Source of the DNA: an uncultured delta proteobacterium
Lineage (GTDB): Bacteria > Desulfobacterota > Binatia > Binatales > Binataceae
Direction: 5' to 3'
NCBI GenBank assembly: GCA_963765675.1
Contig: CAVXXK010000001.1
Span: 480,001 to 544,000, forward strand
Length of the DNA stretch: 64,000 nt
The notes under the pieces were generated by a model. The model saw nothing but the letters and a program-made list of their open reading frames with translations, was not told where the DNA came from and did no database searches. Positions 9,378-20,516 of the stretch are shown in pieces. How positions within the stretch are numbered: the stretch's first letter is position 1; the number at the start of each line of letters is the position of its first letter. A program made the translations under genes and the position numbers.

Positions 9378-10728
9378 ATGCCCACGGACCTTGGACTCAT
9401 CGACACGATCGTCATCCTGATGATGGAAAACCGATCGTTCGATCACATGCTCGGCTATCTGAGCCTGCTCGATATGGCGACGGGCAAATGCCGACGATTA
9501 ACGGACTGCGAGACGATCAGGCGTGGCTCGACAAAGTTGCGAATCCAATGGAACGGCGCGAAGTATCTGGCCGGTTCCTATGACGCGAGCCGCAGCATCC
9601 CCGACCCTCCGCACGAGCGCGCAAATATCGCGACGCAACTCGGCGCGCGCGACGGGCACGGAAACTTCGCGCTGGACGGATTCATCACCAGCGCCTCCGG
9701 CGACTCGGACGTGATGAACTATCAGACGCCCGACCAGGTTCCGATGCTCGACTTTTTCGCGAAGAACTTCGCGGATCTGTGACGGATGGTTTTCGGCGTT
9801 CCCGCCAGCACGCAACCAAACCGCCTTATGGCAATGAGCGGGTATACTCTGATCGAATGGCAACACCCGCTGCTGCCCGACCAGACGCTCGTGTACGACT
9901 GGCTGACAATCACGATATGCGGTGGCGCGTGTATCACCAGGGCGTGTTTCCGTTCTTCACGATGATGCCGAGATGGGTTCCTTAGACGCCTGGTGACAGT
10001 TTCAAGCGGATCGAGCACCTCGCCGATGGATTTCCAGCTCGAAGCGGACGCCACGCTCCCGCAGGTGATCTTCATCGAGCCGACGTACAACGACTCGCCC
10101 GCACAATCAGGGTGAAGGCACGGACGATCATTCGATCTCGTCGGTGTATGGCGGCCAGCAACTGATGCACACGTGTACATGGCGATGGCGCGGACGCAGC
10201 GCTGGCGCAATTGCTCGATGCTGATCGTCACCGTACGACGAGCACGGCGGATTTTTGGATCACGACAGCCGCTCGCGCTGGAGACCGCTTGTCGATGGTC
10301 GATGGCCCGCGTTTCGAGCTCGGGATTGCGCGTGCCGGGAATTATCGCGTCGCCATTCGTTTCCGCCGGGAACAGCTGTCATTACAATTTCGATCACACT
10401 TCCATCCTGAAATTGCTCGAGTGACAAATTTGGCAACGGCGGCGGATATTCGCCCGAGGTCGATCGACGAAACGTCAACAGCCTGTCCGAGGCATTTGAT
10501 CTTGCCGCGCCGCGCGTACCGATCATCCTGATGCGCCCAGATCCGGCGCCCAATCCTGAACTGCCGGCATCGCCAGCATTCTTCCCACCTCGAACGCCGG
10601 GCCTGACGCGTCGCATCATGCGGCTCGAGATGCTGAAGACCAATCACCCGCACGAACTGGCGAGCAAGTTTCCCGAGAAGCTCAGGAACTGGACTCTGAT
10701 CGCGATCTCGTTTACTCGAATCGTGTGA
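9378..10728 (+). pseudogene. Degraded phosphoesterase / phospholipase C (AcpA-like) gene
   Basis: IDTIVILMMENRSFDHMLGYL start; scattered conserved pieces (TQPNRLMAMSG, LPQVIFIEPTY, GLRVPGIIASPF, FDHTSILK) in different frames with stops and deletions. Confidence 0.85.
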
Positions 10729-10750
10729 TCCGATGATCGTGTGAGCTACG

Positions 10751-12134
10751 ATGAGCGAGCGGCCGAATATCATTCAGATCGTCGCCGACGATATGGGCTA
10801 CGGCGATTTCTCGTGCTTCAACGGCGATGCCTCCCGCACGCCGACGCTCGATCAGCTCGTGCGCGAGGGATTGTGCCTGACGCAGCATTACTCCGCCTCT
10901 CCCGTGTGCGCGCCGGCGCGCGCGTCGCTGATGACCGGGCGCTATCCGCATCGCACCGGAGTGCTCGACACGCTCGAGATTCGCGGGCTGGATCGGCTGG
11001 CGCTGCGCGAGCGCACCGTCGCGGATTTTCTCGCGCGCGCGAGCTACGTCACCGGGCTGGTCGGCAAATGGCACAACGGCGCGTTCGACGCACGCTATCA
11101 TCCGAACCGCCGCGGCTTCGCCGAGTTCGCCGGATTCTCCGGCGGATGGCATCCCTACTGGCAATGGCGGATTGATCACAATGGCTCCACGAGCCAATCC
11201 GACGGCCGCTACCTGACGGACGTCTTCACGGACGAGGCGGTCGAGTTTTTGCGGCGGCATCGCCGCGAAAAGTTTTTTCTCCATCTCGCGTACAACGCGC
11301 CGCACTTCCCGTTCGAGGCGCCCGAGGCGGAGCTGCGTCCTTTCATCGAGAGCGGAAAATTCACGACCGCCGTCAGCGCGATCTACGCGATGCTGCATGC
11401 GATGGATCGCGGGGTCGCGCGCGTGCTCGAGGAGCTCGACTCGCTCGGCCTTGCGAACAACACGCTCGTGATGTTCACCAGCGACAATGGCCCGCAGTTC
11501 GGCGGCAAGGGCGACAATTGCACCGATCGCTTCAACTGCGGTTTCGCCGGCTCGAAGCTGTATGTCTATGAGGGCGGAATCCGGCTGCCGATGGTGCTGC
11601 GATGGCCGGCGGGAATCGCGGGCGGCCGCACGCTCGACGCAATGTTTCATTTCACCGACTGGATGCCGACGTTGCTCGCCGCGGCAGGCACCGAAGCGCC
11701 GCGCGATTTGAAGCTCGACGGGATAAACGTGCTGCCTCTGCTTGCGGGCGAACGCGGCAAGGTGCCGGAAGAACGCTTCTGGCAATGGAATCGCTACGAG
11801 CCCGACGGCGAATGCAACGCCGCGATGCGCGACGGAAAGTGGAAGCTGGTGCGGCCGGCGATCCGCGAATTGATGTCGATTACCTCCGAAGATTTTCGTT
11901 CCGATGTCCGCTCGAAATACGCGCCCGATAGTTTTACGGAGATCGATCGCTCGCCGATTCCCGAGCGCAAGCGCGGCGCCGCGCCGCCCGCTGCAACTGT
12001 TCGACATCGAAAACGATCCGATGGAGCAAAATGATCTTGCGGCTTCCGATCCGGAGCGCGTCGCGCGGATGAGCGCGTCGCTTGCGCGATGGTTCGAGGA
12101 GGTCGAGCAGGAGCGGCGCACCATTCGCGATTAG
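10751..12134 (+). CDS. Arylsulfatase-like sulfatase (frameshift near 11990)
   Basis: PNIIQIVADDMGYGD, CAPARASLMTGR (CxPxR), GKWH, SDNG; C-terminus LFDIENDPMEQNDLA lies in a shifted frame. Confidence 0.93.
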
Positions 12135-12136
12135 GC

Positions 12137-13589
12137 TCACAGCCGCTCCAGGAGCGGTGGCCATCGATGCGCCCACGGGCATGCGGCCTCGAACGCCGCC
12201 GACGCCTGCAGCACCATCGCGTCGTCGAGATGACGTCCGATGATCTGCAGGCCGACCGGCAGTCCGTCTTTGGTAAATCCAGCGGGTACGGTCGCAGCGG
12301 GCTGACCTGTCAGATTCGCGATAATCGTAAACGCGAGAAAACTTTCGGGCCGCACGTAACGCCCGGCAATCTTGTCGGGCCCCTGCATCAGAATTGGAAA
12401 TGGCGGCACGCACGTCGTCGGCGTCAGCAGCAGATCGTATTTCGCCATGAAGCGCGCCATGTGATTGGCGAGGGTCTTGCGTCCGATGTTCGCGTCGGTC
12501 AATTCCTCGGCGCTCCACGGCCGCATTGATCAGGTCGACCATGTGCGAAGACATCTGCGCGCCGTGCTCCGCGATCATCTTGCGCATCCCGCGCAGATCG
12601 GTCTCGGCGACCATCGTCGCGGCGAACACCATCGCAGGATCGCTCCAGCCGGGATTGACCTCTTCGACTGAGCATCCGAGATCGCGCTCGAAGACCCGCG
12701 CCGCGTCATGCGCGATTTGCGCGACCTCGGGATCGACGGCGGCATAGCCCCAGTCCGCACTGTAGGCAACGCGCTTGCCGCGCAAATCTCCAGCGCGGGC
12801 GCATCCGCGCCAGTCAATACCCTCGCTAGGACGGCTCTGCCGGTCGCGCGGATCAGGTCCGATGATCGCCGACAGCATCAGCGCCGCGTCGGCGACGGTG
12901 CGCGCGAGCGGTCCGTAGCATTCGATCGATTCCCATCCGGAAGCTCCTGGATAGCGCTCGTCGCGCGAGCCGGGGTAGAGCGGAATACGCCCGAAGGACG
13001 GCTTGATTCCGTAGAGTCCGCAGAAGGATGCGGGAATCCGCACCGAGCCACCACCGTCGCTGCCGAGCGCGAGAGGGGCAACGCCCGCGGCGACCGCCGC
13101 GCCTGCGCCCGCGCTCGAGCCGCCGGGCGTCATCGCGAGGTTCCACGGATTGCGCGTGGTCTCGAAGAGCGGATTGTGCCCGGTCGCGCTGTAGCCGAAT
13201 TCCGCGGTGTTGGTCTTGCCGATAATGATCGCGCCGGCGGCGCGCAGCCGCTCGACCGCGATATCGTCTTCATCGGGAGTGAAATTTCGATACGCGACCG
13301 AACCGGAAGTCGTGCGAATACCGCGAGTGAAGATCAAATCCTTGATATGGACTGGAACGCCGGCGAGCGGCCCGGCGTCGCGGCCCGCCGAAATTTCCGC
13401 TTCGATTCGTTTCGCTTCCGCACGCGCGAGTTCGGGAGTCGGCGTGCAGAAGGCGTGCAAATGAGGCTCGACGCGATTCATGCGCTCGAGGATCGCGTCG
13501 ATAACCTCGACCGGCGAGAGTCTGCGCGCGCGAACCGCGTCAGCGAGCTGCACCGCATTCATCGCGCAGATTTCTTTGCCGGCAGCCAC
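12137..13589 (-). CDS. Amidase signature family protein (frameshift near 12520)
   Basis: GVPVHIKD, GGSSAGAG, GSDGGGSVRIPAS; C-terminal NLTGQPAATVP...GLPVGLQIIG in the 12137..12526 frame. Confidence 0.93.
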
Positions 13590-13595
13590 CTGAGG

Positions 13596-14728
13596 CTATT
13601 TGATCCTCGAAAAGAACTTGAGCGCGTTGTCGCAGAGGATCGCGCGCTTCTCGGCGGCGTCGATACGCGAGTTGTTGACTACCAGCTCGGCGGCGTCAGG
13701 GAACTCGGCGTCGAAATGCGGATAGTCAGACGCCCACATCACGCGTTCGACGCCGATCATCCGCATCGCCTCGGGCAGCAATCCTCGTCGGCGTCAAAGG
13801 TGTAGAAGCATCGCGGGCCGCGCATGTGCTCGCTCGGCTTGCGCGAAAGGTGCGGAGTGTGGCGCGCGAAGTGTTTGTAGTGGCCATCCATCCGCTCGGC
13901 CCACCACGGCACCCACGACAGCCCGCCCTCGAAGAATCCGAGCATCAGCTTCGGATGGCGCTCGAGCAGGCCGCCGCCGATCGCCGCGCCCATCGCGCGC
14001 ATCTGATGCCACACGTGGCCGGTCAGATGCATCAGGAACATGTTGTTGCCGACGTCTTCGCGGCCGGGCGCGAAGGGCGGACGATCGGTGCCGCCGTGAA
14101 AGCATAGCGGCAGACCATTGGCGGCGGCGGCGCGATAGAACGGATCGAAATACGGATGGTCGGCGAGCATCCCGTCGAGATTTCCGAAGGTCATAATTCC
14201 GACCGCCCACGGCTCGCGCGCGAGATACTCGACCTCGGCTACGCAGGTCTCCATCGTGCGTTGGGGAACGATGCCGACCGCCTTGATGCGCGCTGGCGCG
14301 GCGGAGCAGTACTCGCCGATCCATCGGTTGTACGCGCGCGCGAGCGCCGCTTCCATCGCGGGGTCGGCGACGCCGCATACGGAGGTCGCGACGGTCGCGA
14401 AGCACACGGCGACATCGATTCCCTCCTTGTCCATATCGATGATGCGTTCTTTGGGATCGAGGCCGCCGGTCGGAGAGGCGAGCGGATGATTCTTGCCCGA
14501 AGGAAATTTGCCGAGTCCCGGAACCTCGTCGCGCTCGCCCAGCGGACGCTCGGCGCTGCGCCACTTCGGATGGATAGCGGGCACGATGCCGAGGTTGCCG
14601 ACGCCCGTGCGCGTGAGCATCGCGTCGGCGGCGGCACGGAACTTCGGATCGATATGCGTGGTGTAGAGCGAGGCGGGCTCGGTGACGTGTCCGTCGGCGT
14701 CGATAATTCTGAATCCAGCTAATGACAT
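13596..14728 (-). CDS. Amidohydrolase_2 family protein (frameshift near 13780)
   Basis: IDADGHVTEP, ARAYNRW, FEGGLSW, then WASDYPHFD in the 13596..13781 frame. Confidence 0.9.
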
Positions 14729-15149
14729 CGCTATTGCACCGGGCGGGATTCTCGCCGGTGAGGGACGAATCTGTCAATTAAAACTGTGTTTTTGCGGTGG
14801 GTTCGTTCAAGAGATTTTAGATCTGACGATCGGAAAAATCCCTTGAAAACGCTTAAGAATTTCACATCAATGATGAGTTTGATATAGTTTTTCGCATTCT
14901 TTAGAGCCCACCCTCTTACTTTAGCAGAATGCGAATCATTAAGCTACTGCTCGCTGAAGCGATGCATGGATGGGAGTCGGTTCGGCAGTTCGGGAATTTG
15001 GTTCCATTTAATTTATTTTGCGCGAAGCGGCCGCGAAGGTAAGGCTGAACAGTTCAGCCATGAATCAATCCGGCAAAAAACCTAACGCTTGTTAGGTGGC
15101 TAAGGATCGGCTACGGATTTCACAGTTGCGCGCGTTCTGCGCTCTCGAC

Positions 15150-15367
15150 TGTCATTCCGAGCCGTAGGCGAGGAATCCCGAGGCGGCCGTGCTGTGACCT
15201 ATGCCCACGTGCAGTGCCCTCTCGTACGGGATTCCTCGCGCGGCAGCCACGCGCGGGAATGACACCGTAAGACGTTCGCCAGGGATTTCCTTCGGCCTCG
15301 CTCACGACAGGCTCTCGCGCGGCAGCCGGAGCCTGCCCTGAGCCTGCCGAAGGGCGCGGGAATGACA
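15150..15367. repeat. REP/dRS3-like mosaic element, copy B
   Basis: TGTCATTCCGAGCC...GGAATCCC and CGCGGGAATGACA units with nested GAGCCTGCCCTGAGCCTGCCGAAGG. Confidence 0.85.
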
Positions 15368-15477
15368 GACCGACATTGCGCGATGGAAGGACAGTTGCGC
15401 CCCCGGTTGCGCGTTGGGGGTTCGGCTGAAACAATGCAGCAACTCGGCCGCGCCGTGCGGCTTGTCATTCTTTTGCG

Positions 15478-16531
15478 ATGCGCCGCGTCGAAACCATCCT
15501 GATCGTTCTCGCCGTTGCGTTTTACGTCTGGTTCCTGTCGCATTTCGGCACCCGCGAGGTGCTCGGCTACGTCAAGCTTGCGGGATGGGGCCTCGCGCTG
15601 ACGATCGCGCTGGAAACGGTCTCGCGGATCATGAACACGCTCGGATGGCGAGTCACGATTGCCGAGTATCCGCGCTCGCTCGGACTTGGCGAGCTGTTCT
15701 GTGCGCGAATTGCGGGCGAGGCGATCGACTACGTCACTCCGTCGGCGCAGCTTGGCGGCCAGTTCGTGATGGCGCTGATGGTGCGGCGCAAACTCCGGAT
15801 GCCGCTAGGCCTCGCTACTGTAGTGGTCGCGTCGCTGGCCGAGGCGATCGGGCAGATCATGTTCGTCGTGCGCTGCGCTGCTGATCTCGATACAGATGAT
15901 CCCGGCGGCGCATCGGCTGGTGTGGCCCATCGTCGGCGGACTCGCGATCGCGATCGCGCTGGCGCTCGGATTTTTTTACGTGCAGACCAAGCGGCCGTTT
16001 TCGTACCTGTGGCGTGCGGCGGCGAAATTCGATTTCACGGACTTGAGCCGCTACGACATCAAAGAGTCGGCGGACGAAGCCGACTCGATCCTGCTCGAGT
16101 TCTACGCGCGCCATCGCGTACGCCTGATACTCTCGTGCCTGTGCTACTTCGTCGCGTGGAGCATGGGGCCGGTTGAGATTTTCATCCTGCTGAAGCTGCT
16201 GCATCAGGTGGCGACGGTGCGGGTGGCGCTGCTGGTCGAGGGAGTAGGGTTGCTGATCGAGCGCGCGACATTTCTGATCCCCGCCAAGCTCGTGAGCCAG
16301 GAGGGCGGCAAGGCGCTGATATTGGCGCTGATCGGATATCCGGCGGGAGTTGGCTTTGCGATCGGGTTTCTAAGAAGAATCAAGGAAATGGTGTGGGTGC
16401 TGTTCGGACTGGTCAGTTTGATGCTACATCGGCTGATCGTGGAAGGGGCAAGCGGCGCAGAGCACGCGCTGTCGGCTCGCAGCGCAAAAGTTCTCGAGAT
16501 GCAGAAGGCTCAAGGAGAGCAAACGTTATGA
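15478..16531 (+). CDS. Lysylphosphatidylglycerol synthase TM / flippase-like membrane protein (frameshift near 15870)
   Basis: Multi-TM; ARIAGEAIDYVTPSAQLGGQ; continues in ORF 15896..16531 with IPAKLVSQEGG and RRIKEMVW. Confidence 0.8.
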
Positions 16532-17331
16532 ATAAGGCAATCGCCATCGTGGCCGGCGTCGCAATGACAATGGCCGCAGCAATTCCCGCGCTCGCAGGCG
16601 TGGTGATCACGCAATCGGAGTCGCGCCAGGGATCGCCGCAGGGTGGATCCCAGCAGCGCGTGCAGACGATTTCGGTTCAGGGTAACAAGGAACGGATCGA
16701 GGGCTCGGACCACGCGATCATCATCGATCTCGACAACGGCCAGATGTTCTACCTTGAACCTACGCAGAAGACCTACGTGCAGTTGCCGTTTCCGCCGACC
16801 GGTCCGATGGCGCAGATGATGGCGCGGGCGGCGGGAGCGATGAACTTCAAGAAGGAATCGACCTCGCGCAAAATCGCCGGCTACGAGTGCAAGGATTATT
16901 CGGCCACCACCACCTCGATGGGCGGCGACGTGTCGATGGTCGATTGCTATTCGAACTCCGCGCCCGGCAGCAAGGAATATGACACGTTCATGAAAGCGTA
17001 CATGGAGAAGTTCAAGTCGACCGGCGCGCAGCCGTCGGGTGACGTTCCCGAAGGAATCCCGCTGGCCTCGGACGCGACCATGAAGATGAACAAGATCAAC
17101 ATCCCGGGTCTATCCGCGGATCAGCAGGCCAAGCTGCAGCAGATGATGGCGAACCGCAAGCCAATCACAACGCAGACAGTGGTGACCAAAATCGCGGTGC
17201 AGAAGATATCCGCCGACCAGTTCGCGGTTCCAGCCGGATACACCAAGCGCGAACTCCCGAAGCCGGGCGACCATGGAATGATGGGCGCGCCCAAGGGAGC
17301 TCCTGCTGCGGCGCCCTCAGCGGCGCATTAG
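16528..17331 (+). CDS. Secreted DUF4412-like protein
   Basis: Signal peptide MNKAIAIVAG...ALA; RKIAGYECKDY; FAVPAGY; AGGAG RBS. Confidence 0.75.
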   Translation: MNKAIAIVAGVAMTMAAAIPALAGVVITQSESRQGSPQGGSQQRVQTISVQGNKERIEGSDHAIIIDLDNGQMFYLEPTQKTYVQLPFPPTGPMAQMMARAAGAMNFKKESTSRKIAGYECKDYSATTTSMGGDVSMVDCYSNSAPGSKEYDTFMKAYMEKFKSTGAQPSGDVPEGIPLASDATMKMNKINIPGLSADQQAKLQQMMANRKPITTQTVVTKIAVQKISADQFAVPAGYTKRELPKPGDHGMMGAPKGAPAAAPSAAH

Positions 17332-17364
17332 GCCGCCGCGATCGCGCGCGAGCTGAGAAACAAA

Positions 17365-17390
17365 GAGCGGGGTCCATTTGGACCCCGCTC
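17365..17390. terminator. Likely bidirectional intrinsic terminator
   Basis: GAGCGGGGTCC-ATTT-GGACCCCGCTC, an 11-bp stem between convergent genes. Confidence 0.8.
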
Positions 17391-17415
17391 GTCATTTCAG
17401 TCAAAGCTCGGAAGG

Positions 17416-18063
17416 TTACATCGAAGCGCGGCGCTCGTCCGATTTGGCCGGGGCCGGCGCGTTGAGCGCGGCGCAGGATTCATAAAGCCATTTCGCCGTC
17501 GAAAGCTCGTCTTCCGCGAACAGCCGCAGCGCTTCCTTGGTTCCCAGGTCATCTTTGAGCAGGGCCGCGAACTCGCAGATCGGCTTGATCGCGTCTTCGG
17601 GCTTGCCCACGCGCTCGACAAACTTGAGCAGCTTCTCGGTATCGGGGACGCGGCGGTCGCCTAGATATGCGGTGAACTTGCGCCCCTCTTCGGTGACGGT
17701 TGCGCGCTGCTCACCGCCAAGCTCTGCAAGTCGCTGCGCGAAGACGCGCGAATGATAGGCCTCGCGCTCGGCGACCATGCGGATTCCGGAGCGGATGCAA
17801 TCTGTGGTGCAGACTTCCGCCCACGCGGCGAACGCCTCTCCGCCGTTGGCCTCGCCCGCGCGGACCTTATCGAGAAAGCTCACCACGGCGGCGCGCTCGC
17901 TCTTGTAACTCTTGCCGAACGCGTGGAAACCGCCCGAGCCGTTACCGTTCATCCCGGTTCCGGATTTCTCGAGCGCCGCAACCTCGGCCTCGAACGTGTG
18001 TTCTCCGATAATTCCGCTGCGGTACGCGCGCAGCAACGCCTTGAATTCAAAATCACGGCTCAT
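17416..18063 (-). CDS. Ferritin-like four-helix protein with SHOCT-like N-terminus
   Basis: GGAGG RBS; RAGEANG and EREAYH (ExxH) motifs; N-terminal LLRAYRSGIIGEHTFE. Confidence 0.6.
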   Translation of the reverse strand: MSRDFEFKALLRAYRSGIIGEHTFEAEVAALEKSGTGMNGNGSGGFHAFGKSYKSERAAVVSFLDKVRAGEANGGEAFAAWAEVCTTDCIRSGIRMVAEREAYHSRVFAQRLAELGGEQRATVTEEGRKFTAYLGDRRVPDTEKLLKFVERVGKPEDAIKPICEFAALLKDDLGTKEALRLFAEDELSTAKWLYESCAALNAPAPAKSDERRASM

Positions 18064-18262
18064 GTGAAAGTACCTCCAGCCTACAAAAAGTATATTGTGG
18101 ATTAACAAAAGAGCATAGGGCGGCGCGCGTGGGGATGTCAAACCGGTGATCGCCACGATGCCCGGCGGCTTCCATGCCGCGCGTGATTTTCGCATGATGT
18201 CCGCACGTTACGCGGCGCGCGGTTGCGGCCGCGATTGGCACGGACGCGGGAGGATCAGCAAG

Positions 18263-19222
18263 ATGGCCGAGATCAATCATCACTTCGTAAACACCAACGG
18301 CATTCGTATGCACGTCGCCGAGGCGGGCGCCGGATTCCCGGTGGTCATGTGCCACGGCTTCCCGGAGCTGTGGTACTCATGGCGGCATCAACTGAAAGCC
18401 TTGGCGGACGCGGGCTTGCGCGCGATCGCGCCCGACCAGCGCGGCTACGGCGACACCGATTGTCCGGCCGCGATCGAGGCGTACACGCAGAAGCAGATCG
18501 TCGGCGACATAATCGGGATGCTCGACGCGCTCAAGATTGCGCGCTGCGTCATCGTCGGCCACGACTGGGGCGGGATGACCGCGTGGAACGCCGCGATGAT
18601 GCATCCGGCGCGCATCGAGCGCGTGATCGGGATCAACACTCCGTTCCTGCCGCGCGGTCCGATGAAGCCGACCGCGATGATGACGGCGATGGCGGCGGGC
18701 AATTTTCACTACATCTTGTATTTCCAGACCCCCGGAGTCGCGGAGGCGGAGCTCGAGCGCGACGTCGCGCGCACGCTGCGCGGCTTCTACCAGGATCCGC
18801 CCAAGATCGATCCGGCCGCGCTGCGTGCGACCGTGCCCGGCGTGTTCGGACCGGCGGGCGGCGGAATTCTCGACCGGCTCGCCGACGGTCCGCACGGATC
18901 GTTCCTGACCGATGAGGACTTCCAGGTGTTCGTCGCCGGATTCAAGAAGACCGGGTTCCGCGGCGGACTCAACTGGTACCGCAACCTCGATCGCAACTGG
19001 GAAGAGAGCGCGGCGTTCGAGCAGCGCGTCAATGCGCCCGCGCTGATGATCACGGCGGAGCTCGACGTCGTCCTGCGGCCCGAGATGGCCGAAGGGATGA
19101 AGACGTGGGTGCCGAACCTGCGCAAGACCGTGCTGATAAAGGGCTCAGGACATTGGACGCAGCAGGAAAAGCCGGCCGAAGTGAACCGCGCGATGCTCGA
19201 GTTCCTGCGCGACCTGAAATAG
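18263..19222 (+). CDS. Epoxide hydrolase-like alpha/beta hydrolase (paralog of 3280..4242)
   Basis: HGFPELWYSWRHQ, GHDWGG, GSGHWTQQE; GGAGG RBS. Confidence 0.92.
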   Translation: MAEINHHFVNTNGIRMHVAEAGAGFPVVMCHGFPELWYSWRHQLKALADAGLRAIAPDQRGYGDTDCPAAIEAYTQKQIVGDIIGMLDALKIARCVIVGHDWGGMTAWNAAMMHPARIERVIGINTPFLPRGPMKPTAMMTAMAAGNFHYILYFQTPGVAEAELERDVARTLRGFYQDPPKIDPAALRATVPGVFGPAGGGILDRLADGPHGSFLTDEDFQVFVAGFKKTGFRGGLNWYRNLDRNWEESAAFEQRVNAPALMITAELDVVLRPEMAEGMKTWVPNLRKTVLIKGSGHWTQQEKPAEVNRAMLEFLRDLK

Positions 19223-19314
19223 CGGCGCGCCTGATGAATAGGATTCTGACCGAAGGCTCTCACACGAATGACGAAGGAACGCCCGCAAACTCTCCGAATA
19301 CCTTGGCGGCACTC

Positions 19315-19665
19315 GTGAAATTCGCTCTCCTGATGTTAGGTGCTGTACTCATCCTCGGCGGGTGCGCGCCGTCCCAGGCCGAGCTCCAGTCCGAAGTGGT
19401 GGCTCAACGACAATGCGACGCGGAATTGCCAAGTCTCTATGAACAATCATGGTGGAAACGGCAAAAACTTTGGATGCGATGCGGCGGGGTCAAACCTCTT
19501 CCTTCGTCGTGCGAAAAGGGCGGGACTGAATCTCGGCCGGAATGCCTGCAGTGGGCCATGCAGATATATGGACAGCAACAGACTCAAGCGGATATTTCCG
19601 CCACCGACCAATTCACCGACGGAGTGGATGATGCGATAAATCAATCAATCCTGAATCGTCGTTAG
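19315..19665 (+). CDS. Hypothetical lipoprotein
   Basis: MKFALLMLGAVLILGGC lipobox-like signal; four further Cys; start uncertain. Confidence 0.5.
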   Translation: MKFALLMLGAVLILGGCAPSQAELQSEVVAQRQCDAELPSLYEQSWWKRQKLWMRCGGVKPLPSSCEKGGTESRPECLQWAMQIYGQQQTQADISATDQFTDGVDDAINQSILNRR

Positions 19666-19860
19666 TTCGAAGGTACGCGAGGGCGGGCGCGTTCCTAGGT
19701 CATTTTGAGGAAAGCAGCGGCTTCAAGATTTGCGTGAGGCCACTTCGCTAGATGGGGAGCGGTACCCTCTCAAGAAAGCCACGACTCAAGGGTGAGTGCT
19801 ATTACCGCTCATCCTGAGGCACGGAAGGTAAACCTGGCTTCCGAGCACGGCCAAAAGGAC

Positions 19861-20020
19861 CGACCTAACCCCTACCCCTTCCCGCACGGGAAGGGGCTCA
19901 GACAATCAGACCGAAGCCTGGAACGTAGGATCGCCGCTGCTTCATTGGAATCGCCAGACCTCTGCAACGCTTGCGGCGTACGTTCCCCTTCCCGTGCGGG
20001 AAGGGGTAGGGGTTAGGTCG
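19861..20020. repeat. REPIN/BIME-like doublet of perfect 36-bp inverted repeats
   Basis: CGACCTAACCCCTACCCCTTCCCGCACGGGAAGGGG at 19861-19896 and its exact reverse complement at 19985-20020. Confidence 0.9.
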
Positions 20021-20193
20021 ATCTTTTTTCGGCGTGCTCCAAACTCTCCAGTCACGCTCGGGTCCATTAGCGCTCATCTCCACCGTGACTTTCCTCAGAG
20101 GGTGCTGTTCTGCTTCTTAATCGCGCGGCGCTATCGCGACGCGCTGAATAAGGTCCCTCACCTTACCTCTCCCTTCCAGGGCGAGGAATCACA

Positions 20194-20261
20194 TTAGACG
20201 GAGTGGCTGCCACCTTCTCTACGAGCTGCCGCAAATGGCGGATCAGGTCTCGACGCTTCAT
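20194..20261 (-). pseudogene. hicA: HicA toxin remnant
   Basis: TGATG overlap with hicB stop; MKRRDLIRHLRQ then, after a frameshifting deletion, REGGSHSV*. Confidence 0.75.
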
Positions 20262-20476
20262 CAGGCGTCAAGTTCAAAAGCTTCCCTGATAACTGTGCTG
20301 CCCTTAACTGATTCTTCCGCCAACTCTCGATTGGTTTGCATAACCAGCTCGACGGCTTCGCGGAGGTTGCGGCGCGCTTCGCTCAGAGTCCGGCCCTGGG
20401 TGTTGGCGCCGGGCAACTCCTCGACGAAGCCGATGTATCCCTCGGGAACCTTGCGGAAAATCGCTGTCAGCTTCAT
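20261..20476 (-). CDS. hicB: HicB family antitoxin (short, no DNA-binding domain)
   Basis: YIGFVEELPGANTQGRTLSEARRNLREAVEL. Confidence 0.9.
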   Translation of the reverse strand: MKLTAIFRKVPEGYIGFVEELPGANTQGRTLSEARRNLREAVELVMQTNRELAEESVKGSTVIREAFELDA

Positions 20477-20516
20477 GGTTTCATCCTAGCTTGCGCGCGC
20501 CGCCGACGCATCGGCG

